NCBI GenBank assembly: GCA_002269645.1
Contig: NIVC01001321.1
Coordinates: forward strand, 152,858-216,857
Source: Macrostomum lignano
Lineage: Eukaryota
Direction of reading: 5' to 3'
DNA: 64,000 nt
Part shown: piece after piece, positions 11,716 to 24,435 of the stretch
How the letters are laid out: every line of letters starts with the position of its first letter
How positions within the stretch are numbered: the first letter of the stretch is position 1
The notes under the pieces: generated by a model
Databases searched by the model: none
What the model was told of the DNA's origin: nothing
The model's input: the letters and a program-made list of their open reading frames with translations, nothing else
Position numbers and translations under genes: made by a program

Positions 11716-12511
11716 GCCTGAGGCAGCTGACACGTGTGCGAAAGCTGGCATGCAGGTGAGTGCGAGAAATCCAAAATTTATATGAGAATGAAAATATTCT
11801 ACTTTATTTAGCACTTTGCCTATGGGCATAAAATTGTAGTGAAAAGTATTAATATTTGGATATTTTGCCTATATAGATAAATACATTTAGGATATCTTTC
11901 AGCTACATTAGCAATTGGTTTTTGATAACTGAGTATTCTAAATATGAAAGTCTATCTGTTCAGATTATTGAGGATTATTGATTAATAAGATTATTGAGGA
12001 TTTCAATATTATTATCCTCAATAATAAACCTCAATAATAGAGGTCAATAATAGACCAATATTGATATCCTCAATATCAATCCTCAATATAGACCAACATA
12101 TATTTTTTGCTTTCTTTCACAAAGACATGTTTAAACACTTTTTAATTAGTGGTTCTTTAAAATTAGAAAAGGATTGGTAATGGAAGTACTGGAAGTTACT
12201 TTTCTTTAAAAGTACTGGTACAAAAACAAGTGCCGCAAGTTACTTTTCTTGGAACTGGAAGTTACTTAACCCAATACTGCTTTTAAGTGATATGTGTCTT
12301 TCAAAATATATATTAGCTTGTAAATTATTTAAAATATAAATTATAAAACATAATTTTAGATTTGTCAATGTCAACTTTATAACTAACAACCTTAGTTAAT
12401 AGCCTAAAGATTATACAGTGCCCTAAAGAATTTCTCTTCAATTATTACTTGTTATAAATCACTCATTCCACTATTACTTGTTCCTTCAATGTTAACCTTG
12501 ATTCTTTATAG

Positions 12512-12835
12512 CAAGGGTCAGCAAACTTGGCCCATAGGCTAGATATAGCCTATGACACTTTCAAGTTTAGCCCATACAACACTATTTTATTATCTAATGT
12601 AAAAATGGCCTACAATTCAATTTTGTATTGAAACATTCAACTTTACAAGTAAAACAACTTTTATACTGTCATTCCTAAAGGCCATATTAGTTGTAATAGT
12701 GGGGTTGGTTGTAGTATTTGGTCTAATCATCTAAAATTGTCATTTATAGCCACAATTTCTTTTTTTTATTCTGGCCTACTACCTTAGCCCAGTCTTCCAT
12801 TCTGGCACACACTGAAAAAGGTTTGCTAACCCTTA
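12512..12835. mobile_element. Short non-autonomous hAT-like MITE
   Basis: Termini caagggtcagcaaactt and the reverse complement of aggtttgctaaccctta resemble hAT ends of the CAGGGGT.GGCAAACT type. The 8-bp flanks ctttatag/ctttattt match at 6 of 8 positions. Confidence 0.5.
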
Positions 12836-14279
12836 CTTTATTTATATTGCAGAAAGTATTAGTATATATCAAAAAAATTATATTTATAAAAATCAAAACT
12901 GTGTCTGTAGACAAATTTTTTTTCTATGGACTCCTAAACTACTCAACCAAATTTTGCACTCACCCTATACTCACTATGGAAAATTTCTAAGGCTACTTTA
13001 AACTTTCCTAAACTCAAGTCTTTTTCCTTCTTAAAAGTGCAAAAAACTGCTCAAAATGTGTAATTTTTCCACTAAATTCTTTATACCACCATTCCACTTC
13101 TACCAATCCTTTTCAAATTTGACATAATCAATTTTCAACTATTTTGATACAATTAAGTAACATTTTGAGTCTCAAAGTTAATTCTGAATAGTGCTGTGCA
13201 CTTTTAAAATTAGGCTGCATTTTGTCAGCAATGTAGCCATCCTAACCTCTGCCTGCTTCTCTTTCCTGATCTGGGCCCAATGTGTTTGAAAATTGACTAA
13301 CTTTTGGCTGCCATAAGTTTGCTCAACATGAAGCAATTGACTTCAAAATGGACTTCATTGGCTTATTCTCTGCCTAAATGTAAAGTCTCAACTCTGTAAT
13401 TCAATCAGAACAAAAACTGTAAACATATGGAGTTTGTCTGCTTTTTCTGTCATTTGTGCCATTTATTCATTCATTCCTCCAAAGCCAGACCCCATAGTCT
13501 GGAAAGTAGCCTTTATGCTAGAAAATTCCAGCATATTTTTGCTTTTGCTGACAATCTTGGCGTACACTTGGCATGTCAAATTTTCAGGTTCAACATGAAG
13601 TATACACAATTGGCGTACAAAAAAAGCCGAGTTCAAGGCTAATGTAATTGTGTAATTAAATATCAAATTAAAAAGTTCCTTTAAAAATAATTGGAAACTA
13701 ACCTAAATATTAATGCAATTTACAAAAAAACAAATTTATAATAAAGAATATTAGTTTTTAGCAAAGAACAACTGTTAAAGTTTAGTAAAACTCTTTTATT
13801 TCTAATATTACACATTTTTAAAAAAAATGGCATACAAACAACTCTGAGCTTAGCATATTTTTTTAATTTTACATTGGCAAAATTTTTTAAAAACATGAAT
13901 TTTCATTTCAGCATACATTTGCCATGATCTAGACTATGGGCTAGACCAAAGGATAGGCAATAAGGCTTAGTGTGCATAGCAAATGTACAGTGTTTTGGAA
14001 TGACATTATAGCCTTCTACATCTCTACACTAATTAAAAAATTATTATGGTAATTTTAAAATTTAAAATTAGACTAGTTTTTCAAATAATAATAATAATAT
14101 TGGTCAAATAATACAAATAATAGTAATAATAATAATAATAGACCATAATAATATACTAAAATTTTCTACAGTTACTACTGAAAAAATATACCTTTGGCTT
14201 AATTGATAATATATGTGATATATTAATATTATGTTATGTAATGATAAATTACAAAATCAATTTTAAAAGATTAAAAAAT

Positions 14280-15487
14280 GGCTATCCTGCATTTTTGTTC
14301 GTTAAATTATTTTTTCATTTTTTTCAGCCACACTGCACATCCACATGGCGGGTCGTCTAGCTGCTCCCACTACTATCATCCCACCAGCTGAGATAAGACC
14401 TACTGCGGAACTATGCGACCTGCCGCTCATAAAGATGCGGGACTTGGCTTTTTTGACCACTGACACACTGTCTCTGATGTGCTGGCTGGCCAAATACCGG
14501 CTGCTGTCAAACGAGTGTCGGTGCCATTGCCCTGCTGCACCTCAAATGCGCCTTCAGCGTCGTCAGGGTGACCGGTATGTGGATGGCTGGGCTTGGGCTT
14601 GCAAGGAGTGTCACGGCCAGGAGTCCATAAGGAAGGGCTCCTTTTTCGAGAGAAGCCACCTAGCGCTTAACCAACTGGTAGACTTTGTGTACTGGTGGGC
14701 ACTGAAGACACCACTGAAGGACATCATGCTGCAGTGTGACATCCAGCAGCCGCATACCAGTGTCGACTAGGCCAACTTCTGCCGCGATGTGTGTGCCCAG
14801 GTACTCATTGACCACCCAATGCAGCTTGGTTGGTGGCCCGAACATTGAAGTGGAAGTGGATGAGAGCAAATTCTTCCACCGCAAGTACCATGTCGGCAAC
14901 TATCGTGAGGGCCACTGGGTGCTTGGAATGGTAGAGTGTGGCAGTAACAAATGCATGATAGTGGTGGTTGAGAATCGACATGCCGAAACACTGCTGCCTA
15001 TTCTGCAGCAGTATATCCTGCCCGGTTCCCAAGTCATCACTGACGGATGGCAGTCGTACAACGGCCTTGCTGCCATGGGCTTCAACCATGCGAGTGTCAA
15101 CCATCGACTCAATTTCATGGACCCACAGGACCCGACAGTGCACACCAACACAATCGAGGGCAGCTGGGCGCACTGCAAGGCCAAGCTGCGTCAGGGGCAC
15201 GGTACCAGCGATGGGCTCTTCGAGTCGCACCTGCAGGAGTTCCTGTGGCACCAGCTCTACCCAAATGAGCATCATTTCGGCAACTTTCTGTACTGGATGA
15301 CCCATTACTACCCACTGTAATCCGGAGACTAAAGTTTAAACTGACTTGACTATAACAAACTTTCTTAAACTTTTCGGGTGTTCTGTATCTCCCATAATAT
15401 TTTTATTGCCTGTGCTGAACTCGTGAGATCATGTAAAATTAATTCCACATGAAAAAATAATTTAACAAACGAAAATGCAGGATAGCC
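14280..15487 (+). mobile_element. Merlin (IS1016/IS1595-like) DNA transposon, about 1.2 kb, non-functional copy
   Basis: 39-bp TIRs GGCTATCCTGCATTTT... at 14280-14318 and 15449-15487 differ at 2 positions. They enclose a DDE transposase. The flanks taaaaaat/gaaaaatt match at 6 of 8 positions, so a TSD is uncertain. Confidence 0.9.
14345..15320 (+). pseudogene. Merlin/ISXO2-like DDE transposase pseudogene
   Basis: An N-terminal Cys-rich zinc ribbon (CRCHC...WACKEC) is followed by EVDESKF, VITDGWQSY, VNH and HTNTIEGSW. There is an in-frame TAG at 14768-14770 (expected Trp in VDWANFCR) and a 4-nt duplication frameshift at about 14828 (cttggttggtggc). Confidence 0.88.
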
Positions 15488-18044
15488 GAAAAATTAAATC
15501 AGGATTAAAATTCAAGCAAAAACATAAATTAAATTAGGCCTAGTCCTATACAATATTCTATAATATAAACATTATTGAAACTAATATAATTTAAATATAA
15601 CTAAATGTAAAACTTTGATCAAATATAAAAAATAGTTTAGTTTCAAGACCCTAGGCCTAGGCCTACCTACTTAATCTTAATTAAACATACAGCTAGAAAA
15701 ATTATAAACGCTAATGGCCTATACTTTAGACTTCTATAAATACAATTCTTGTTATTAGGCCTATCTTATTTCACAAACATTAACAATCAACATACATCAA
15801 TGCCTAGCCACCACCCAGCCCATCCATGGCGACCCACTAGTCCACCACGGCCACAGGCCACCAGATGCCTTGCTTGGCTTTAGCTTGGTTATAGTTGATC
15901 TTTGATAAATTAGGGATCAATTGAACTTAAGCCTACGTTTTTATATATGATGCATAAAAAGACAGAATACTAAGCTAATAGTAAATGGCATTATAATTCT
16001 ATAAATGTTTATTGTGATGCTTTTGTCATTGTGGTCGATCGACGTGCACATGCGTTAATACCCAAATTAAATTTTACTTTATAAACACTTAAGTTATAAA
16101 CCCATAATATTAGGTCATTTTATAAAATTATTAAATATTCAGCATAAAGCATATTAAATTTGTGTATCGTTTTTTCTGTCCTGTTATTGTTATAACTTAA
16201 CATGACGTTAACGACTTTTAATCTGTACGATGAAAATGCCCGAGCGTAATGCGACGGAATTCAGTGAGACTTTTTTGATCGCAACGTCCTATCAGATCTC
16301 GAATTAGTAGCCTCAGCTCATCAGCGCCAGCCTGTTCTTAAGTACTTCAATGCATCAATCCTACTTAATTTATAGTCGTATCTACATGTATATGTATTAA
16401 TCTTATCCTAATATATCTCAGTCATTGTCCCACACAATTACTGCTGTAAAGTTCAACTGAGCAGAGTATCCAATTTTTGGGTATCACTGCCGAGACTCAG
16501 TGAATTATTTTGATACTTAGCCTTTGCACGTATGGCTATGTATACCTGTAATTTTTTAAATCGCTGTTTTTTTGTATAACCAAGAACATGTGTATACGTA
16601 CATGCAAACCTAAGCTATCATTGAGTGTCCTTTAAAATTTGCATGTAAATATGTTGTACGATACGAATACATTGTGCGTGTTCATCTATACACATGGAAC
16701 ATACAATAACAAAATTCGAAAGAAAATTGTGAACTACATGTACGTACATGTGTACATGCAGGTAAGTCATATACTGTACACTACACATGTGGTTTGAGAG
16801 GCTTGTTACATGTAATAATGTCTCACATGAGCATATACTTTCAACATAATTTAAACGCAAATACATAAATCATGGTTTGAAGTCCTTGGGTCAATCATGA
16901 GGTACATGTATAAAGAACTGTAATGAATAATGCATATATCAATTAACTTATCTGAACAGCTCACAGTGATCGCCTCAAGCAGTTGGCATGATTTATGGAT
17001 CACGATAGATTCAAGCCGGAAAGGCAAATTCAATGCTTAATTACAGCGTAAATAATTGAGCGTTTAGCTTGCTTTTACATGTACTTTCAAACAAAGCTGA
17101 TCAATAAGAGACTGTGGCGTCCCAGAGCGCAGAAATTATACAAATCTGTCTATGACGCATCTCTGCCTATAAGTTAATCAAAAGTTCAAAACCAAAGAGT
17201 ATTGAGGTCGCCTTTGATACTCTTTGATCAAAAAAGAGGGCAACTTAAGAAGTCATGCAAGCACCGGCCTGAAATATTCGCCCTTAATTGGCACTTCAAT
17301 ACTAAGCGATCTTACTAATACTTTTTTTAATCGGAGCTGCATCAGAGTCTTCTCCATGTGCTTGCAGTAGCAGTTATATTTATCTTTACAAAACAACTGA
17401 TCGAAGCTTCTAGCTAAAAAACAATTTATGCAGGGCTTGGAAAACAAATCAAAACACAAAAAAGGAGCTAAGTAACGAAGGCAATAAACACTGCTTAGTC
17501 TAGACAAGTGAACCAGACCGCTCCCTGACAGGTGGTTGCTGGTGACCGATGACATTCGGTCACTAATGCAGGTTAAAAACAGAATAGCTAAAATATAGCA
17601 GGATAGAAAGGAAAATATGAGAAAAAAAGATTTTCGTAAATCTAGCTACTGCCTACAGGGATTGATTAGTCTCATATTAGAATCAAATTCCGACATAATC
17701 TCTTTGACACAGAAACAGTGGCAATGGCAGCAATAAAACAAGGGGTCTGTTTCAATCAGAAAAATGAAAATATTGACATGCAACTATGCTACAGTGTAAT
17801 CTCTGCTAAGATTGCTGATATTTTCATGGGAAAGATTATATTTATCATGCACATTTGGGTACAGCGTGCCATGTACAAGAGGTGGAGGCCTACAACCCAG
17901 GACTAGGGTACCTGTGCAGGTGCTTGAGCTGCTCAAGCAAGATAAAACTCGCCTTATTGCGCTATGGGTTTGGTACTGAGCATGTATGGCAGGAAAATCG
18001 GTTTCGAAACGATAAGGAGCTTTAATCAATGAGGGAACATAGGA

Positions 18045-18375
18045 TTTGGGGATGGGGAAAAGGAAAAATTTGAGAATGGGGATGGGAGGAGAATTAGAAC
18101 TTAGAGGATGGGGATTGAGGATTAAGATTTGGGGAATTAGGAATGAGGATCGGGGATTGGGGACTGCAGGGGATTGGGGATCGGGGATCGGGGATTGGGG
18201 ATCGGGGATTAGGGATTGGGGATTGGGGATCGGGGACTGGGGATTGGGGATCGGGTATTGGAGACTAGGGATTAGGGATTGGGGATTGGGGACTAGGGAT
18301 TGGGGACTAGGGATTAGGGATTGGGGATTAGGGATTGGGGATTGGGGACTGGGGATTGGAGATTAGGAATTAGGG
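18045..18375. repeat. G-rich GGGGA(T/C)(T/C) 7-bp repeat downstream of NUDT6-like
   Basis: Direct reading. Confidence 0.9.
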
Positions 18376-18484
18376 AATGCGTCTAAAAGGGGATTAGACA
18401 AGGGAATGGGTGAATCGCATTGAAAAGCAAAAACTCTGGTGGGCTTGGCTTGATGCCACGCAAGCAACCAGCGAGCAGGGCGGC

Positions 18485-19835
18485 TCAGCCCGACCCGGCT
18501 CCATTCGCTGGCTGGCCGCTCTGCCGCTGGGAGTCCGCTTCGGTTGTCGCCCCATTCTCATCAACAAAGTAGAACCGGCTGGACTTGGTGTGCCCCCTGC
18601 CCAGGTAATCCAGGTGACCGATCGCGCTGCCAGAGCCTTTGAGCCGGCGGAGGTAGGCGTCCACAATGAGCCGGTTGGTCTGCGAGGTGGTCGGCTTGGC
18701 GGCGTACTCGGCCGGGTCAACCCACCTGTTGAACGGTGCCAGATGGATTAGGGAATTTAAGTGAGAGCTTAATAATTAATTATGGTACTCTTATATGAAC
18801 AATTTGTTGCGCTTCTAAGTTCTGATTGGCTGTGTTAAGGAAAACATGTGGAAAATTCGCATCTGAGTGGCTCTTACGTTTGTAGGGCTTGCGGAATCTA
18901 AGTTGGCGTGATGGAATCTGATATTGGCTCTGGAGAATCGAGGTAATAGGCGCGCTGGAATCTGATTGGCTCTGGCAGTTCAGAGGTAGGTGAGCTGAAA
19001 TCTGATTGGCTCTGGCAGTTCAGGGGTAGGTGAGCTGGAATCTGATTGACTCTGGCAATTCAGGGGTAGGTGAGCTGAAATCTTATTGGCTCTGGCAATT
19101 AAGGGGTAGGTTAGCTGAAATCTGATTGGCTCTGGCAGTTCAGGGGTAGGTGAGCTGGAATCTGATTGGCTCTGGGAATGGCAAGCCCACGCACCGATAG
19201 TCGCCGATTTCGCCGCCGGGCTCGAGTCGAACCGCGGCGCCAGGCAGCGGGTGCAGCAGGCAGGCAAAGTAGAGGTCGGCGATGCCCCAGCGGTGCCGGT
19301 GCAGATGCCGGAAAGCCAGCAGACCGTCCACCGCCTCCGTCTCTAGGCCGGTCTCCTCTCGAACTTCCCTAATCGCCGCCTCGCTGATGTTCTCGCCGAT
19401 GTGCGCGTAGCCGCCCGGCAACTTCCAGTGCTGGCTGGCCCGATCGTAGGCCTCGGTGACCACCAGCATCTGGCCGGTGTCCGGCCGCACCACCAGGCCG
19501 GCGGCGCCCACAGTGTGGGTGGCGTAGGGCGGGAAATTGCACTCGCCGGGCGCCAACCACAGCAGCATGCAGCAGGCCGAGCCGGCCGCGTGGTGAAACC
19601 GAAACCCGACTGCGGCCAAGGCGGCGATCAGCGCGGCGGACCCGGCGTCGACTCCGAGGCTGCAGACGACGCCGCGGACGCCGTTCCGGCGCCACCGATC
19701 GACATGGTCGGCGATGGCTTCCCGAAGCGACTGCGCTGACGGCGTCGGGTCGGGCAGGACGTTGCCCAGGTTGAGCGACACGCATTTGAACATGTCCGGC
19801 TCGCAGCTGGAAAGCAGCTCCTGCAGCCTCTCCAT
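18485..19835 (-). CDS. NUDT6: Nudix hydrolase, NUDT6-like (293 aa, 2 exons)
   Basis: Exons 19835-19195 and 18725-18485 join in phase 2 (CG|GTGCGT ... aacag|G). The Nudix box is GGYAHIGENISEAAIREVREETG. It is preceded by the NUDT6-type N-terminal segment (GFRFHHA...MLLWL...PPYATHTVGAAGLVV). Confidence 0.82.
18950..19175. repeat. 40-bp minisatellite containing CTGATTGG, NUDT6-like intron
   Basis: 5-6 units of ctggaatctgattggctctggcagttcaggggtaggtgag. Confidence 0.9.
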
Positions 19836-19924
19836 ATTTGCAGAAATTGGCGCGATTTACCTACTAACAGTAGCGCGAATTTATCTGGTTTTTGAGCCAT
19901 ATTCGTGTTTTGCCACTGAATTAG

Positions 19925-20095
19925 CTGGGGGAATTCTGCCGGGGGGCTGATTTGATTGGGGGAATTCTTCCAGGGGCTGGATTGATTGGGGGAATTTTTC
20001 CGGGGGCTGGATTGATTGGGGGAATTCTTCTGGGGGGGCTGGATTGATTGGGGAAATTCTGCTAGGTAGGCTGGATTGATTGTGGAATTCCACCA
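19925..20095. repeat. About 30-bp repeat (gggggctggattgattggggaatt) upstream of NUDT6-like
   Basis: About 5 units. Confidence 0.8.
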
Positions 20096-20559
20096 GACAA
20101 TCTTAGAAGCTATAATTAGACTTTATTACTTGTAATATCTCCCTTTGGTATTATAAATATATGCTCGTAGCTGCTCTTATGAACTACTCATCCAAGCCAA
20201 AGTTAATGATAGCTCGTATAAAGCACTTTAGCACAGGATCGCATTTAGAAATTCCATTAATCATGGAATTGGCATCCAGATAAATCAGAAAATTTTCTCA
20301 ATAACTGCTGATAAATCCAGTGCCAGTTCATTTCCGACTATGCAAGCTTTGCCAGCCTTACCGCGATGCAGCCATTTTTTATTGTTGCAACCCGATAATC
20401 TCGGCATCTTTCATTCGCTTGGAAATTAGATCAGCTGGATTGGACGAAAATGAATCGCTAAAAAATCTCCTAAAATGACTCTAGCATTTTAGTAGCATTG
20501 AGAAGTTTGCATATCAGTTTATCAAATTCATTTACTCTGAATGATCTCATCTGTGATCT

Positions 20560-21100
20560 ACCATAATCTACCAACATGACATTGATACATATCATCTACC
20601 ATAATCTACCAACATGACATTGACACATATCATCTACCATAATCTATCAACATGACATGTGATCGAGAAATTCTAACAATGGCACTCTTGATCAACCAGA
20701 TCTATCTATGATACCCTTGATCTACCAGATCCATCTACCAATGACACTTGATCTATCAGATCTACCAATGACACTTATGATCTACTAGATCTACCAATGA
20801 CACCCTTGATCCACCAGATCTACCAATGACACCCTTGATCTACCAGATCCATCTACCAATGACACTTATGATCTACTAGATCTACCAATGACACCCTTGA
20901 TCCACCAGATCTACCAATGACACCCTTGATTTACCAGATCCATCTACCAATGATAACCTTGATTTACCAGATACATCTACTAATGACACCCTTGATCTAC
21001 CAGATCTATCTACCAATGACACCCTTGATCTATCAGACCCATCTACTAATGATATCCTTGATCTGTTAGATCCATCTACCAATTATACCTGTCCTATGAT
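20560..21100. repeat. Degenerate atctaccaatgacacccttg minisatellite
   Basis: Units of about 28-33 bp. Confidence 0.85.
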
Positions 21101-24100
21101 CTACCATATGTATTTAATTAATAATGTTCAATCTATCTGATCTACTAATGATAGCCATGATTTATTAGATCTATCAAAGAGGTATGTGGTCATTTTGTCT
21201 GCCACCTTTATGTCTGCTGGCAGATGAAACAACTTTATAATAATAAGCAGCAAAATAGGTTTATAAATGGCTAGAAGTAATCGATAGTATATTTTTAATA
21301 ATTCAAATTTGCAAGTAATTTTTAGATTTAGAATTAGATGTAATCATTGTATTTTTTATTTTGTTTATCGCAATGTTTCTGAGAAGTATGATTATTGTTA
21401 TATAAGCTTTAAATCTACATAGGAGTAAGATTTATAATTTGCACCGTCGCGCATGTAACCAGAAATCAAGCAATACAAAGTAAACAAATTCTAATAAGTA
21501 AAATAATACTAACTAGACTAATTGCTTTTGAGCTTTGAAGCTTTAAGATAGTTAAGAGATAGACAATGTGGTATCATATGATATCATGACGAAATGCATT
21601 GATTTGTTCCATTGCAAAGTTTATTAAATATAAACTAAAATTCAGAAATTATTTGTCATATTCAGAAATTACTTGTATAATTCATTATGACTAAGAAATG
21701 ATCTTGATATATTAATCACTGTTATATTATAATCACTATCTCAAATTATTGGCAACAACTGACATATTTACACTTATTAAAACTTTACTATTTGTGGTAG
21801 ATGAAACAACTATATTGTATTCTTGCAGATGAAAGGGTGGCAGACAAATTGGCAGCAGACGAAATGACCATCAACCAAAAAGACACCAATGATCAAAAAT
21901 ACAAAATATATAATGACACCTTACGTCCTTACCATATCATTTTTTTAGTTACTAGACTTTCTTTTAGCAATAATATTTAGAAAAACCTAGGCTATATCTA
22001 TGCCTAACTTAATTAGTATATAATTTATAATTTGATAAAATCAATTTCATATAAAATCTTATCTGTTTCATTTTGATATTTGATTTTATAACTTTACCTA
22101 TAAGCTATTGGAATTTTTATTTTTATATAAGAGATATTCATGATAATAGATAATTATCTTATAACTCTTAGAATAAAAGTTAATATTCAATATAAGTACA
22201 TATTTTCATAAGGGTAATTTTGAAGCTTAATACTATAAGCTTATAAGCATTTAAGACGAAATAAAGCATCATACAAGTTACAACTTTATTGATCATTATA
22301 ATTCTATATATAATATAATAATCAATATTATAATTCAAAATAAATAACTAACTATTGTATTGTATAGATAGAAAACCAAGTTGTTATAATGTAAATAAAA
22401 AATCAGGCAAAACTTAAAATATCCTGCCTTCCAAGATATAAAATTATACTTTATTGATATAGTTCAACTTTAAAAAATTGTTAATAAAAAGCATAGAACT
22501 TAGAAGTAGGGATCTAGGTTAAAAAAAAATATTTAGGGGCTTGGCATTTACGATTTTATCACCATATTTGCTTACTCTACGAAGTCTGTGCCTTATGTTT
22601 CTATGTTAAGTTAGGTAAGTTCTTTTTTAGTAGGATTTATTTATACTATACTTCCTAACTTGCACTTCTTGCATTGTATTGAAAGGAACCTAAAATGATT
22701 CAAAGTGTTAGTTATGTTTCGTGGGACGTGATCGAGGCCGCTAAGCCCAAAAAGAGAAGCACAAGCTCTATCTTTCCATTCCGTTCTTTGGTTAGCCTAG
22801 TCTAGTCTATCTGGCTATGCAGTGTCGTCGTCGTCGTCGGACCGTATCACTATCACATTAGTCACATTTCTAAGGAAACTATATATTTATATGTGCGCCC
22901 AGTCAGGTAATTATAACTTTGGCAGTTAAACAAAAAGTAGCAAAAGATATCTGTTTAAATTTTATGACAGCCATGCTAATATAAAAAATTATCTAATTAT
23001 TTGTCTAAGCTATATATTTGCAGATGATAAGATATTCTACACCGGTAGAGATCGACATTTCTACTCGTACTGTGAAGATGCACCTTGTAGGCCTTATTTC
23101 GCACACGCACTTTTTCCGCCAACCAGCTTTAATCTTTGCTTACCCTAAGAACTCTTACTGGTGTACAGAAATATTTTTATTGTAATGAAATTTAAACAAA
23201 TTAGCTCTTTGTAGAAGTGCATGCAAAGTACATGCTCATGTACATGCATTTCGATTAACGTGTACAGCAATCAATTGAAAACAATTAAACATAAAAGAAC
23301 CACCGCCTCTCGTCTAATGTATTTATTTCGTTGCAGCACAAGAAATTGGACAAGTCAACAAAATGGAAGGGCGAGTAAATGCTGCCTACATGTAGAAGGG
23401 CATGTCACAAACTTGGATAAGTGGGAAGACAATTATTAATACGCACAGAATAACAAAGGTTGAAAGAAAATTTTAGAACGAGTTTTTTTATCTTTTGCAG
23501 CACTAAATTGTACTGTATGCCCTTTTAACCGGAAGAAGCTTGACAGAAATGTCGAATGCAAATTAAACTGATAAGATAAACAATTAGCTACTATGAGAAT
23601 TTTGTCAACTCATGTTGTCCTAAGTAGATACTCGTAGTATGAGATGTGGAGATCCACGTCAAAGCAGCAATAAAATTGCATGTGGCTGCACTTATTGATT
23701 AAAGTCTTGGCGCATTTCCGGGGCCTTCAAAGACTATAAATTTGGTTAGTTCATAAACGAAAACGATAAACAAAGACTACAATTATAAAAAATAAACGCG
23801 TTGCAACTCGGAGCCAAGCTTTAAACGGACAAGAAATGAAAGCATAAAAAACAAACTGAAATTGCACGGAGAAGAAAAACGCTGCGTGCTTCATGCAATA
23901 AAAAATTGAAGCACTAAACAGTTATAATTGCAAGAAAATGAAGAAACGCGCGCTGCTCCTACATAGTTATAATTATTTTCTGCTTTTTAGCGCCAAAGAA
24001 TGGGGGAAATTTCTTATCTTCTGAACTGAGAATTTGCTAGCTTTCTTTTGTTTGCTACAAAAAAGTGTGTTCGTAAAAAGATACTCTAATCGAACAACCT

Positions 24101-24435
24101 CCAAGAAAAACAGCTGCTTAGATTCAAATGAATGATTTGGAAGGCTAAAAAGTGAGTGTGAAAATTGCTTTAAAGAGTACTGTAACTAGGCCTTCAAATA
24201 TTAGCTAAGATGTCTACAAGTGGATATCAGCAGCGAAAGCGTCGGAAATGGAGCAAGACAATCGGACATCCTATTCACCTTCTTGGGTCTTCCAGCGACT
24301 TTGATTGTTGAGGGCAACTTTGAGCATAATCCTCCCCATATGAAGATAAGATAACACATCCCTTATAGAAGTATTAAACGCCCTCAGAATATCATAAAGG
24401 TCATCGGCTCCGAAGCGAAACCTCTCAGATGCCTC

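Noticed and set aside
12180-12280. hAT-like terminus (gttacttaacccaatactg) with AAGTTACTT repeats
   Set aside because: Only one end is visible, with no partner TIR or TSD.
14280-15487. Bacterial IS1595 contamination or horizontal transfer
   Set aside because: It is embedded in host-like AT-rich DNA and carries inactivating mutations. Eukaryotic Merlin elements are the established relatives, so no transfer needs to be invoked from this sequence alone.
16851-17555. Short minus-strand ORFs in AT-rich DNA
   Set aside because: No recognisable motifs or consistent splice structure were found; they may be noise or a very old relic.
22706-22868. Possible short solo LTR (TGT...ACA)
   Set aside because: There is no target-site duplication, no second copy, and no PBS/PPT or internal retroelement sequence.
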